The notes under the pieces were generated by a model, which had not been told where the DNA came from, ran no database searches, and saw only the letters and a list, made by a program, of their open reading frames with translations. The position numbers and the translations under genes were made by a program. Positions 8,539 through 17,482 of a stretch of DNA of 26,012 nucleotides are shown one piece after another (position 1 is the first letter of the stretch; every line of letters starts with the position of its first letter). The DNA is from a virus (taxonomy: Duplodnaviria; Heunggongvirae; Uroviricota; Caudoviricetes). The stretch covers positions 69,531 through 95,542 of the IMG/VR virus record IMGVR_UViG_2823949316_000001; one strand, 5' to 3'.

Positions 8539-10089
8539 ATGCCGCATATCCAAGACGCGCAGCCGCAAATCAGCGTGCGCCTGTACAAGACGATCAGCCG
8601 CACGACGGTGGATGGCCAGACAGCCGTCTCCACCCGGTACCAGGGCAAGGACGAGTACATCGACCTGACCCCGTTCCTGGGTGAGGGATCGAGCGTGGTG
8701 ACCAGCAAGAGCGTGCGCGAGCCCGCAGGCGCCTTCAGCGTCACCTTCGCCGACCGGCCGCAGGGATCTGTTCTGGCCGAGGTGCAGCAGATGCTCTGCG
8801 TGCCGACCCAGGCTATCGAGTCGATCTATGGCCTGGTCGAGCCAATGGACGTGGTCGAGATCCGCATGTGGGGCGGCGTCGGCCCACGCCCGGCGGTGCT
8901 GCCGATCAAGATGCGCGGCTTCGTATCGGAAGTGCAGCGCATGCAGAGCATGTCCGGCGACGGCAAGCCGGTGCGCCAGGTGGTGATCAGCGGGCAGGAC
9001 TACGGGAAAATCTGGCAGACCTTCCAGGTGATCTACCTGGCCGCCTATGCCGAGGGCCAGGCGCTGCTGACCAGCTTCAACCTCTGGGACATGTTCGGCG
9101 TCGATGCCAAGAACGTGCTGTCGGCGCCTGAGTTCGTGCGGCAGATGATCAAGAAGGTGATCAACCCGCACATCACCAAATTCATGCCGAAGAACTCGCC
9201 CATGCCCAAAGAGCTGCAGACCGGCGACAGCATCGCGGTCAAGCACGGTGTGGTGAACAACAGCTACCAGAACATGCAGGGCTCGATCTACGACATCCTG
9301 AAGTTCTACGGCGACGTGGGCGTGTGGAACGAGCTCTACACCGAGGATCGCGAGGACGGCGTGCACGTGGTCTATCGCCCGATCCCGGCCATGCACCTGA
9401 CCAAGCCGAAGGGGGCGAAGAGCCGGAAGATCCAGGATGATGCGCCGGAGCCGGTCTATGTCACGGTGCCGGACGACTACATCGCCAGCGTCTCTACAGC
9501 GCGCTCAGACGCGAACGTGGCCAACTTCTACTGGGTCAACAACAGCAAGTACGACCTGGTGGACGACCTGTACCGCAAGCTGTCGGCCATCAAATCCTCC
9601 GATGACACCGTCAACTTGAAGGAATACCCGAACTCGGCCGTCAAATACTACGGTGTGCGCCCCATGTACGCCGAGACCCAGCAGGGTGGCGACGGGATCA
9701 CCAACGAGACCAGCGGCCTGCCGGAAGAGCAGCAAGACAAGCGATCGTCCGAGATCGAGTCCTGGATCGAGAAGCGCCGCCGGCTGATGGTCGAGATGAA
9801 CCGCGACAACGTGGTGCTCGAGCGGGGCATGGCCCGGATCAAGGGCGGCCTGATGCGCCGGGACGGCAGTGGGCCGCTGCGCGCTGGCGACTACGCCGTG
9901 CTCACGCTCGGCACCACCGAGGCGAACGCCTATGTCGTAACCCTCATCGACGAGTTCCTGCCGTTCCAGGGCTACACGGCCACGATCCAGTTCGAGCGTG
10001 GCGAGGGCTTCGTAAACCGTACATCCGCCGAGGGCGGCATCAATTCACCATGGCTGGCCGAGCAGGCCCGCAGGCTGGGATTCCCATGA
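8539..10089 (+). CDS. Putative baseplate hub / tail-tip protein (516 aa)
   Basis: Between tape measure and spike; two beta-barrel-like segments (SKSVREPAGAFSVTF; YVVTLIDEFLPFQGYTATIQFERG). Confidence 0.65.
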   Translation: MPHIQDAQPQISVRLYKTISRTTVDGQTAVSTRYQGKDEYIDLTPFLGEGSSVVTSKSVREPAGAFSVTFADRPQGSVLAEVQQMLCVPTQAIESIYGLVEPMDVVEIRMWGGVGPRPAVLPIKMRGFVSEVQRMQSMSGDGKPVRQVVISGQDYGKIWQTFQVIYLAAYAEGQALLTSFNLWDMFGVDAKNVLSAPEFVRQMIKKVINPHITKFMPKNSPMPKELQTGDSIAVKHGVVNNSYQNMQGSIYDILKFYGDVGVWNELYTEDREDGVHVVYRPIPAMHLTKPKGAKSRKIQDDAPEPVYVTVPDDYIASVSTARSDANVANFYWVNNSKYDLVDDLYRKLSAIKSSDDTVNLKEYPNSAVKYYGVRPMYAETQQGGDGITNETSGLPEEQQDKRSSEIESWIEKRRRLMVEMNRDNVVLERGMARIKGGLMRRDGSGPLRAGDYAVLTLGTTEANAYVVTLIDEFLPFQGYTATIQFERGEGFVNRTSAEGGINSPWLAEQARRLGFP

Positions 10090-10781
10090 GTAAGCGCTTG
10101 GCGGTGGTCGTTGCCACCCACCCTGAAGACCATTCCGTCGACTTGGTCATGGCCGATACCGGCGAGCGCATGGTCGGCGTGCAGGTCATGACCATGAACG
10201 GCAGCAGCCGATCGGGCACGGTCGACCTGCCGGCGGTGCCGGAGAAGGCCAACAAGTGGGATATCTCCCAGCGCACGGGTCAGGATCAGATCGCCGTCGT
10301 CGACGTCATCAACAAGCAGCCGGTGGTCAGCGGGTTCCTGTACCCGCAGGTCAACCAGATGCTGTCGAAGGATCCCAAGCGCCTGGTCGGCCGGCACCAG
10401 TCCGATGTCCAATGGTCGATCGACGGCGACGCCAACGTGCAGTTCCAGCACCCCAGCGGCACCTACATCCGCATCGGCGAGGCGCCGGACGCCGAGGACA
10501 CTGCCGGCCAGAACGCGGACGGCAACGCGAAAGCTGATCGCAACACCAGCCGCAAGGTCAACGTCCGCATCGGCCTGGCCGGCAACGCCGTGGTGCTGAC
10601 CATGACCCCTGATGGCGCCGTCACCTTCAAGCTGGAGAAGGACTTCACCATCGAGGCCGAGGGCGCGATCGCCATGAAGGCGAAGGGCAACATCTCGATG
10701 GAGACCGAGGGCGAGTTCCTGGTGAAGGCTTCTGGCGACGCCAAGATCAACGGCGCCAACGTGCGCCTCAACGAGGGCTGA
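10086..10781 (+). CDS. Baseplate central spike (gpV/gp5-like OB fold plus beta-helix; 231 aa)
   Basis: ATGA overlap with hub stop; N-terminal OB-like VVVATHPEDHSVDLV; C-terminal beta-strand repeats (FTIEAEGAIAMKAKGNISMETEGEFLVKASGDAKING); followed by PAAR. Confidence 0.8.
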   Translation: MSKRLAVVVATHPEDHSVDLVMADTGERMVGVQVMTMNGSSRSGTVDLPAVPEKANKWDISQRTGQDQIAVVDVINKQPVVSGFLYPQVNQMLSKDPKRLVGRHQSDVQWSIDGDANVQFQHPSGTYIRIGEAPDAEDTAGQNADGNAKADRNTSRKVNVRIGLAGNAVVLTMTPDGAVTFKLEKDFTIEAEGAIAMKAKGNISMETEGEFLVKASGDAKINGANVRLNEG

Positions 10782-10783
10782 TC

Positions 10784-11056
10784 ATGCCAGGCATCTCTCG
10801 CGTTGGCGTCGACGCGGCCGGCGGTACCATTATCGGCAACCTGGCGCCCACGGTCTTCATCAATGGGGCGCCATGCGCTGTCCAGGGCGCAGATGTTGCG
10901 CCCCATCCGCCGTTCCCGCCACACTCGGCGGCACCGGTGATGGTCGGGCACAGCTCGACGGTCTTCGCCTGCGGGATACCGGTTTGCCGCGCCGGCGACC
11001 AGGCCAGCTGCGGGCACGCGGCAACCGGGAGCGGCAACGTCTTCGCCGGCGGCTAG
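10784..11056 (+). CDS. PAAR-like spike tip protein (90 aa)
   Basis: TVFINGAPCAVQGADVAPH...SSTVFACGIPVCRAGDQASCGH pattern with His/Cys metal ligands, directly after the spike. Confidence 0.9.
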   Translation: MPGISRVGVDAAGGTIIGNLAPTVFINGAPCAVQGADVAPHPPFPPHSAAPVMVGHSSTVFACGIPVCRAGDQASCGHAATGSGNVFAGG

Positions 11057-11057
11057 C

Positions 11058-11073
11058 GTCGTGACCTCATACT
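11058..11073 (+). promoter_or_regulatory. Late-promoter-like motif, copy 4 (GTCGTGAC-CT-CATACT; 6 nt later ATG at 11080)
   Basis: GTCGTGAC CT CATACT GGTGGC ATG fills the 23-bp intergenic gap. Confidence 0.75.
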
Positions 11074-11079
11074 GGTGGC

Positions 11080-12264
11080 ATGCTACCAACAGCCCCGCCT
11101 ACCGATCAGCGTGCCGGCATCCGCCCGATAGCCTTCGTGCTCAACAACGGCGGAAGCCTCGGCTCGCCCGTATCCCTGAAGATCAGGCCAGAGGATCTGC
11201 AGCGCAATGAGCCGTCCCGGATCGCTGTAACCCAGACGCTTGGCCGCACCACCCAGGGGTGGGCCGATAACTTCGGGGCTGGCCTGCCTTCGTGCACGAT
11301 CAGCGGCCACACCGGGTGGCGGAAGGGCGGCTCGAGCGGTGAGGATGGCGCAGAGCATTTCTTGACCCTGCACGACACGGTCATGCCGGCCTATCACGCA
11401 GCCAAGCAGGCCGCGATCGAGATCGGCACCGATCCGGCCTCCGTCAAGCTCCTGTTCGTCGACATGCTCGATGGGTTCTGCTGGAACGTGGCGCCCATGA
11501 GCTTCACGCTGCGCCGCTCGCGTAACCGGCCGCTCCTCTTCCAGTACAACATCGCCCTGCAGGCCATTTCGACAGACATCGATAACCCTCTGCGCATCCT
11601 GCCGTTCCTGGGGAACATTCCGGCCGGCCTTGATGCCCTCGGCGGCGTGCTCGGCCGGCTCTGGGACTTCGCCCTGAGCGTGCAGGGCTGGGTCAGCTCG
11701 GCGCTCGGCTTCGTCGACAAGGCCTTGGCCCCGATCGCTGCCACGGTGAAGACTTTCGTCGACATCTCGGCTTCCGTGCTTGGAGCAGTCAGCACGGCGG
11801 TCGGGGCCGTCCGCAACGGGGTGAGTGGCGTCGCCAACCGCCTGATCGGCATTGCCGGCGACATGGCCCAGGTCGGGATCAATGTGTTCCGGACGATTTC
11901 GTCCATATCCAATCTGCCGGCCCATCTTCGCGCTGCGATATCCAGGGTCGGTGCCGCCTACAACGAGGCGCTGTGCATCCTGCGCAACTCGCTGCGCCCG
12001 CGCAAGACCTACCAGGAGTACGATGGGCTGTACGGCGCTTCGAACTGTTCCTCGACCACGGGCGGCCGTTCGATGAGCGCTTACACCAACATGAACGCTT
12101 TCGCGCTCATGCAGGAGGAAAAGCTGCCGATCGAACTGAACAGTGCGGCGCTTTCCAGCGTGTCCAGCGTGAATCGTAGTGACCCCGTTCTGGCGCCTAT
12201 CCCACTGGCAGAGATCGGTCGGCACCTCGACAACATCAACGCCGGCACCGTGGTGAACCAATGA
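11080..12264 (+). CDS. Putative tail tube initiator / baseplate protein (394 aa)
   Basis: N-terminal tube-like fold (LKIRPEDLQRNEPSRIAVTQTLG...DNFGAGLPSCTISGHTG) then a helical region; position after the spike. Confidence 0.6.
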   Translation: MLPTAPPTDQRAGIRPIAFVLNNGGSLGSPVSLKIRPEDLQRNEPSRIAVTQTLGRTTQGWADNFGAGLPSCTISGHTGWRKGGSSGEDGAEHFLTLHDTVMPAYHAAKQAAIEIGTDPASVKLLFVDMLDGFCWNVAPMSFTLRRSRNRPLLFQYNIALQAISTDIDNPLRILPFLGNIPAGLDALGGVLGRLWDFALSVQGWVSSALGFVDKALAPIAATVKTFVDISASVLGAVSTAVGAVRNGVSGVANRLIGIAGDMAQVGINVFRTISSISNLPAHLRAAISRVGAAYNEALCILRNSLRPRKTYQEYDGLYGASNCSSTTGGRSMSAYTNMNAFALMQEEKLPIELNSAALSSVSSVNRSDPVLAPIPLAEIGRHLDNINAGTVVNQ

Positions 12265-12992
12265 GCGAGTTCGAGCGCGAGCTGCCGCCATTTCGCCTGG
12301 TGCAGACGCACCATGGCGACGACCTGGGCACTGTCGCCACCCGTGAGCTTGGTGACGCCAACAGATGGCCTGAGCTGGTCTGGCTCAACGATCTGCTGCC
12401 GCCCTACCTCACGGACGACGAGAGCGCAGCAAGCCAGCGCGTCCTGCTCAACGGCACGTTTATCCGTGTTCCGGCCCCGGCGGGCAGATTCCTGGGCGAC
12501 GATGACAGTGTCGAGCAAACCTTCGGCCGTGATTGCGGCATGTGGGGGCGCAGAATGGCAGCCGACGCGGATGGAGACATCGCAGCCGTGTCTGGCGCCG
12601 ACAACCTCGTCCAGCAGCTCCGTCACGCGATCATCACGCCACGCGGGCAGCAGAAGCGGCATTCCCAATACGGCTGCCTGGTCTGGCGCCTGCATGGCAC
12701 AGCCAACGGCCCGCTGGCCTCCACGCTGGGCTCCGAGTACGTCCGCGCCACCCTGGCGGCTGACTACCGTGTCAATACCGTCAAAAGCTCCATCGCTGAT
12801 GTCTCTGGAGATCAGGTGCGCGTGACGGCGCGCGTCGAGACGATTGCCGGCGACGTGATCGACGTCGGCAGCGATGAGCCGAACTTCGCCACTGAAGACC
12901 CAACCCCGGAGCAGGAATTCGGCATGCATGTCGACCTGCTTCATGAATTCGTCCACTTCACTTTGCCGCCAAGGCTGAGGTTTAACCCATGA
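12261..12992 (+). CDS. Baseplate wedge/sheath initiator: LysM-like domain fused to gp25-like domain (243 aa)
   Basis: VQTHHGDDLGTVATRELGDANRWPELVWLNDL (LysM-like); DGDIAAVSGADNLVQQLRHAIITPRGQQKRHSQYG (gp25-like). Confidence 0.8.
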   Translation: MSEFERELPPFRLVQTHHGDDLGTVATRELGDANRWPELVWLNDLLPPYLTDDESAASQRVLLNGTFIRVPAPAGRFLGDDDSVEQTFGRDCGMWGRRMAADADGDIAAVSGADNLVQQLRHAIITPRGQQKRHSQYGCLVWRLHGTANGPLASTLGSEYVRATLAADYRVNTVKSSIADVSGDQVRVTARVETIAGDVIDVGSDEPNFATEDPTPEQEFGMHVDLLHEFVHFTLPPRLRFNP

Positions 12993-15040
12993 GCGACACC
13001 CCCAACGAACGCATCGAGGCATCGCTGGTGCGTCTTGAGTCCGACACCAGCACGCTGAATAACATCGTCCATGGGCCGGAGGGCGAGACAGTGCCGACTG
13101 AATCAGGCGAGGTGCCTACCGTGCACGAGCTGTTCAGGCAGATCGGCGAGCACGTCGGCGCGGTGACGACCGCTGCAGCTGCATCGGCAGAGCAGGCGCG
13201 TGTGAGTGCTGTCAGTGCGGCAGAGAGCGCCAACGTGGCGGCCAACCAAGTCAACGTAGCCACGGCTGCGGCAGAAGCTGCCGAACGGAGCGCTCAGGCC
13301 GCAGAGCAATCTGTGGCGGCTGCAACTGGCCAAGTAACTGCTGCTGCCGAGTCGGCCCAGCAGGCGCGAGCTTCCGCCAGCACGGCCGCACAGGTCGCCA
13401 ACCAGGCGCAGCAGGCGGCGCAAAATGCTAGCCAGAAAGCTGATACTGCGGGGCAGGCTGCGGCTACGGCTGATCAGAAGGCGACAGCTGCCGGCCAGGC
13501 CGCTGCCGCCGCCAACCAGAAGGCGAGCAGTGTGGTTGCCAATGATGGTGCTGGAATGGTGCCATTCGATAGCAGCATCAGTTACCCAGCCGGGAGCGTT
13601 GGCAAGGCATTGGCTGCAGCAACTCAGGCTAGTAGCTCAGTTGACAGGATTGTTTCATCGCTTGGCGAGTTGAAAAGTTTGACTGGTGCCAGAGCCGCCA
13701 TTCTGAACGGGGTCGTCTATAACTTGGACGAAGAAGACGACTCTTCTGCGGAATCATTTCCGTACCTAGTCGTTTCCAACGATGGGAAAAGATGGAAGTG
13801 GGAAGTTCCAAGTGTAATAACGGCTAGAATGTTCGGCGCCGTTCCGGGGATTTCTGCGGACAATACAGCTGCTATTCAGAAGGCGATTGATTACTGTCTA
13901 AGTTTCACGCCTGCAAAATCGCTCGTCATTTCGGAACGGTATCGTATCGCCGCCACGCTTATGGTTGACAACCCGGTCGATGCGTCTGCGGGTGAATTCT
14001 ACTTAATCGGCGTGAACGGCGGCGGGTTCTACGTGAATACGGCGATCACGCTGTTCTCAAGTCGTCTCCCATATGGATCTTTCGGCGCTCTGAAGTCACC
14101 TTCCTCCGAGTACCTGCACTTCGACAAAATAAGGTTTGAGGCTTCTGACCGTGCGTTGAATGCGTATGTCGTGAGTGACAAATTTCTCCGCCTGACCTTT
14201 GAGAGCTGCCAATGGCGCAATATAAAGTGCTTGCAGTCAGCAGACTATATTCAGAGCTGGGCCTTTACCGGCAAGAACCTGATGCGCCGTCATCAAGGCA
14301 TATTCCTTAATGCGACTTACGGCTACGACGTCAACATTCAGGACGTAAATTTCGAGATCAGCGGAAGCGGCTTCATTTTCGATCAATTTGTTAACGTCAT
14401 TCGCATGAGTGGGCTCTACGAAAACTCCGATGGCCCCTTCTTCCGTGGCGGTGCAAATACCGGCACTTTCGAAAAACTTTATTTCGAGATGAATGGCTCT
14501 CCAGAGCTAGACATTACGGGTGGCGCAACCATCCGAATTTCCGCTCACTTCCATCTCGATCAGTCTCAGGTGATCCCTGCAAATGATCACTGGCCTATTG
14601 TTCTTGGCCAATATGTTGATGCAGTGACCATCGATGGCTGCACAAGCAACGGAAACATTTGTAATAATTCTGCTGCACCCGCGTTTTCTGTTCGTCGCGG
14701 AACAAACACTGCCGGCCATCTTGAGTTCCGTACCAATCCGCTTGTCGATACCACTATGGCGGCGGCTGGCACGAACCAAGCAACGGCAACGCCTATCACG
14801 AGAGAATATTGTCTCGTGCTGTCCGGCGGAGCGGGTAATGGGGTTCGCTTACCAAGCGCCGACACCAAGGCTAGATACAGCCCCATTACTGTCCAGAATC
14901 GAACCGCTTCAACGATTACGGTCTACCCAGCGCCAAATGAGCGTATCCTCGGGAATGGCACTAACGCCGGTATGCCTTTGACTTCCGGGGCAACGGCTCG
15001 CTTTGTCTGGCAAAACGGAGACGCCTGGGCAAACTTCTAG
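12989..15040 (+). CDS. Tailspike / depolymerase-like receptor-binding protein (683 aa)
   Basis: N-terminal anchor (IVHGPEGETVPTESGEVPTV), Ala/Gln-rich coiled coil, pectate-lyase-like beta-helix start motif (ITARMFGAVPGISADNTAAIQKAID, from about 13817), C-terminal beta-sandwich-like domain; lower GC. Confidence 0.82.
   Translation: MSDTPNERIEASLVRLESDTSTLNNIVHGPEGETVPTESGEVPTVHELFRQIGEHVGAVTTAAAASAEQARVSAVSAAESANVAANQVNVATAAAEAAERSAQAAEQSVAAATGQVTAAAESAQQARASASTAAQVANQAQQAAQNASQKADTAGQAAATADQKATAAGQAAAAANQKASSVVANDGAGMVPFDSSISYPAGSVGKALAAATQASSSVDRIVSSLGELKSLTGARAAILNGVVYNLDEEDDSSAESFPYLVVSNDGKRWKWEVPSVITARMFGAVPGISADNTAAIQKAIDYCLSFTPAKSLVISERYRIAATLMVDNPVDASAGEFYLIGVNGGGFYVNTAITLFSSRLPYGSFGALKSPSSEYLHFDKIRFEASDRALNAYVVSDKFLRLTFESCQWRNIKCLQSADYIQSWAFTGKNLMRRHQGIFLNATYGYDVNIQDVNFEISGSGFIFDQFVNVIRMSGLYENSDGPFFRGGANTGTFEKLYFEMNGSPELDITGGATIRISAHFHLDQSQVIPANDHWPIVLGQYVDAVTIDGCTSNGNICNNSAAPAFSVRRGTNTAGHLEFRTNPLVDTTMAAAGTNQATATPITREYCLVLSGGAGNGVRLPSADTKARYSPITVQNRTASTITVYPAPNERILGNGTNAGMPLTSGATARFVWQNGDAWANF
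13433..13525 (+). repeat. Imperfect 42-bp tandem repeat (QKAxxAGQAAAxAx) in the tailspike stalk
   Basis: CAGAARGC recurs at 13433, 13475 and 13517. Confidence 0.8.
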
Positions 15041-15044
15041 AGAT

Positions 15045-15080
15045 CGCCTGACTACTTGCGCAATGCCCAAGTACCGGGCG
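15045..15080. other. Imperfect inverted repeat after the tailspike stop
   Basis: CGCCTG..TACTTG / CAAGTA..CGGGCG; no clear U-tract, so the role is uncertain. Confidence 0.4.
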
Positions 15081-15089
15081 GACGTTTGA

Positions 15090-15105
15090 GTCGTGACCCC
15101 ATACT
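15090..15105 (+). promoter_or_regulatory. Late-promoter-like motif, copy 5 (GTCGTGAC-CC-CATACT)
   Basis: GTCGTGAC CC CATACT GCCCGC A, upstream of the baseplate J gene. Confidence 0.75.
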
Positions 15106-15134
15106 GCCCGCATCACTAGATGCGGGCATTTTAC

Positions 15135-16232
15135 GTGGCTTTCCAGATCAAGGACTTCGCGTCCATCACCGCCGCCATCATCAACCACATGCGTGGCGTT
15201 ACCTCGAAGGTGACCGACTACCAGCCAGGCTCGGTGGCCCGCACCATCGTGGAAGGCCCTGCGGTCGAGATGGAAGAGCTGTACCTGCAGATGTTCCTTG
15301 GTCTGCGCGAGGCGATCCCGGTGGCGACATTCCAGTCGTTCGGGTTTGACACTCTGCCAGCAGCCTACGCACACGGCTTTGTCAGCGTATCGGCTGCGAC
15401 TCCACCGGCGGCAGATATCGTCGTGCCAGTCGGAACCAGCTTCACATCTACGGACGGGCGCGAATACCTGAGCTCCGTCGCCGTGACCTGGGCGGCAGGC
15501 CAGTCCATGGTGATCGTCCCTGTCATCGCTGCTGCGGCCGGCCTGGCCTACAATATCGCAGCTGGCCTGATCACCAGCTCCGCCTTCTTTGGTGCCGGCT
15601 ACACCATCAGCAATCAGGCCATCACCAATGGCACCGACGCAGAGACCGATGATGAGCGGTCGGCCCGCTTCGCCGAATTCGTCGCATCGCTCAGCCGCGG
15701 CACCGTCCTGTCCTGCCTCTACGCTGCAAAACAGGCCGCCGCGCGTGACGAGACTGGCAACATCTATGAGTACGTCACCAGATCCGGTATTCGGGAAACC
15801 GCAGGTTACGTCCGTATCTACCTTTACTCCTCGGTCGGTGTCCCGTCCGAAGGCCTGCTGGCCGATGGGCAGCGCCTGATCGATGGGCAGGCAGACCCGG
15901 AAACCGGCACCCCGCTGGTGGCGGGATTTCGTGCTGGCGGGATCCGCGTCGACGTCCTCCCTATGGTTGAGAGATCGATCCCCATGGGCATTGGGGTACG
16001 CATGCGGTCTGGGTATGCCCTGACGGCTGCGGTGCAGCAGACGATCTCTGACTCCTACGCCAACGCCATCCGCAACGTGCAGCCTGGTGACACGCTGCTG
16101 ATCGACAACCTGCGAGCGATCTTGATCGGGACGCCAAACGTGGCGGAGCTGGCATTATCGGCGACCTCGAACATCACCTGCGAGCAGAATGAGGCGTTGG
16201 TGCCAGGCGCGCTGACGATCTACGCCATATGA
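15135..16232 (+). CDS. Baseplate J-like wedge protein (about 365 aa; GTG 15135 preferred, ATG 15120 possible)
   Basis: KDFASITAAII...TDYQPGSVARTIVE; NGTDAETDDERSARF motifs typical of the baseplate J family. Confidence 0.9.
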   Translation: MAFQIKDFASITAAIINHMRGVTSKVTDYQPGSVARTIVEGPAVEMEELYLQMFLGLREAIPVATFQSFGFDTLPAAYAHGFVSVSAATPPAADIVVPVGTSFTSTDGREYLSSVAVTWAAGQSMVIVPVIAAAAGLAYNIAAGLITSSAFFGAGYTISNQAITNGTDAETDDERSARFAEFVASLSRGTVLSCLYAAKQAAARDETGNIYEYVTRSGIRETAGYVRIYLYSSVGVPSEGLLADGQRLIDGQADPETGTPLVAGFRAGGIRVDVLPMVERSIPMGIGVRMRSGYALTAAVQQTISDSYANAIRNVQPGDTLLIDNLRAILIGTPNVAELALSATSNITCEQNEALVPGALTIYAI

Positions 16233-17434
16233 ACATGTTGCAGAAGCTCCTCCGCCACCCGCACAGCGCTGTATTCGATAAGCAGCCAGACGCAGTTCGG
16301 GCGTTTCGACTGCGACACCCTGATGGCGCGTCGTGGAGCGTGTCCAATGACGTGTTGATCGCTGCGCATCCATCTCGCAGTTTCACCTACGACCTCTCGA
16401 CCTACACGATCGGTTCGCTGATCCTGCGGCTGAAAGCGGACGGCTTTGCCGTCACAGAGATGTCCTCCTACCTGTTCGGCCTGTCGGCCCGGGTGCTCAT
16501 TACGGGCAGTGGCTCTCAGAGCGTGTCCAACGGCGACCAGCTCATGGGTTTCCGCTCTCTGCTATGGTCGATCTATTCGGCCTTCACGCCCGAATTACGC
16601 GAGGCCAGGCGCCAGGTCGGCGAGGCCCTGAAACAAATGATCATCCCCACAGCCGAGGGCGAGTGGCTGGACTACTGGGGTAGCCTTTACGGCGTTCCTC
16701 GTGACGACGGAGAGCCGGACAGTCGCTACCAGGGGCGCATACCGGCCGAGGCCTTCCGGCTTCGCGTCAACAAGTACGCGATCGAGAAGGCTGTTCTCGA
16801 GCTGACCGGGAAGAAGGTCGTCATCCGGGAAACCTGGGAAAACATGTTCCGCCTGGATGTGTCTCGCCTATCTGGTTCAGACCACCTGGTCGATGATGCT
16901 AGGTGGCGATACGGCTATATCCAGCCAGTGGCCAATGAGCTCTTCGACTGGGGCGAAGTGCTTCGGGTGATCGATCGCAACCGCGCCGCCGGGGTGATCA
17001 TTTTGCCCCCGCAGGCCGAGATCGACGAGTTCATTGACGGGAGGCTCGACGGTACGGTGACGTTCGGTATCACCGAGCTCTTCGGCGCCTTGGTGCGCAC
17101 CCTTGACGAGGCGCGCCTGGACTGGATGCAGCTCGGTAACGCCCAGCAGATCCGCAACTGGCGAGTAAAGACGGAGAGCGAGGGAGGAATCCTCGTAGCC
17201 GGAGGTGTCGCCGGCATCGTGGCCATGGTCATCTTGGACGAGCTGTTCCCCATCTATGTTCACGGCGATCTGCCTGCAGCTCAAGAGCCCCCCGGCATTG
17301 CCGAAGAGTTCCGTCTACCCACCAACATCAACCACTGGTCAGCAGGCAGGACATGGTCGCGCGAGACATGGCGTGCCCGCGGCTCCGCATCGCCGCGCAG
17401 GTCTGCCGGCAGGATGGATACAGAGACCGCGTGA
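16229..17434 (+). CDS. Baseplate wedge protein, gpI-like (401 aa)
   Basis: ATGA overlap with J; TAEGEWLDYWGSLYGVPRDDGEPDSRYQGRI motif characteristic of the partner of baseplate J. Confidence 0.75.
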   Translation: MNMLQKLLRHPHSAVFDKQPDAVRAFRLRHPDGASWSVSNDVLIAAHPSRSFTYDLSTYTIGSLILRLKADGFAVTEMSSYLFGLSARVLITGSGSQSVSNGDQLMGFRSLLWSIYSAFTPELREARRQVGEALKQMIIPTAEGEWLDYWGSLYGVPRDDGEPDSRYQGRIPAEAFRLRVNKYAIEKAVLELTGKKVVIRETWENMFRLDVSRLSGSDHLVDDARWRYGYIQPVANELFDWGEVLRVIDRNRAAGVIILPPQAEIDEFIDGRLDGTVTFGITELFGALVRTLDEARLDWMQLGNAQQIRNWRVKTESEGGILVAGGVAGIVAMVILDELFPIYVHGDLPAAQEPPGIAEEFRLPTNINHWSAGRTWSRETWRARGSASPRRSAGRMDTETA

Positions 17435-17438
17435 TCCC

Positions 17439-17454
17439 GTCGTGACGCGACAAT
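17439..17454 (+). promoter_or_regulatory. Late-promoter-like motif, copy 6 (GTCGTGAC-GC-GACAAT)
   Basis: GTCGTGAC GC GACAAT GGTGGC A, 4 bp after the upstream stop. Confidence 0.75.
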
Positions 17455-17482
17455 GGTGGCAACACGAATTTACGAGGGTTCA

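Noticed and set aside
5530-9396. 1288-aa minus-strand ORF (also 3038..4978, 17946..20849 and 24687..25661 on the strand opposite real genes)
   Set aside because: Antisense shadows of GC-rich, codon-biased genes; no motifs, SDs or promoter copies support them.
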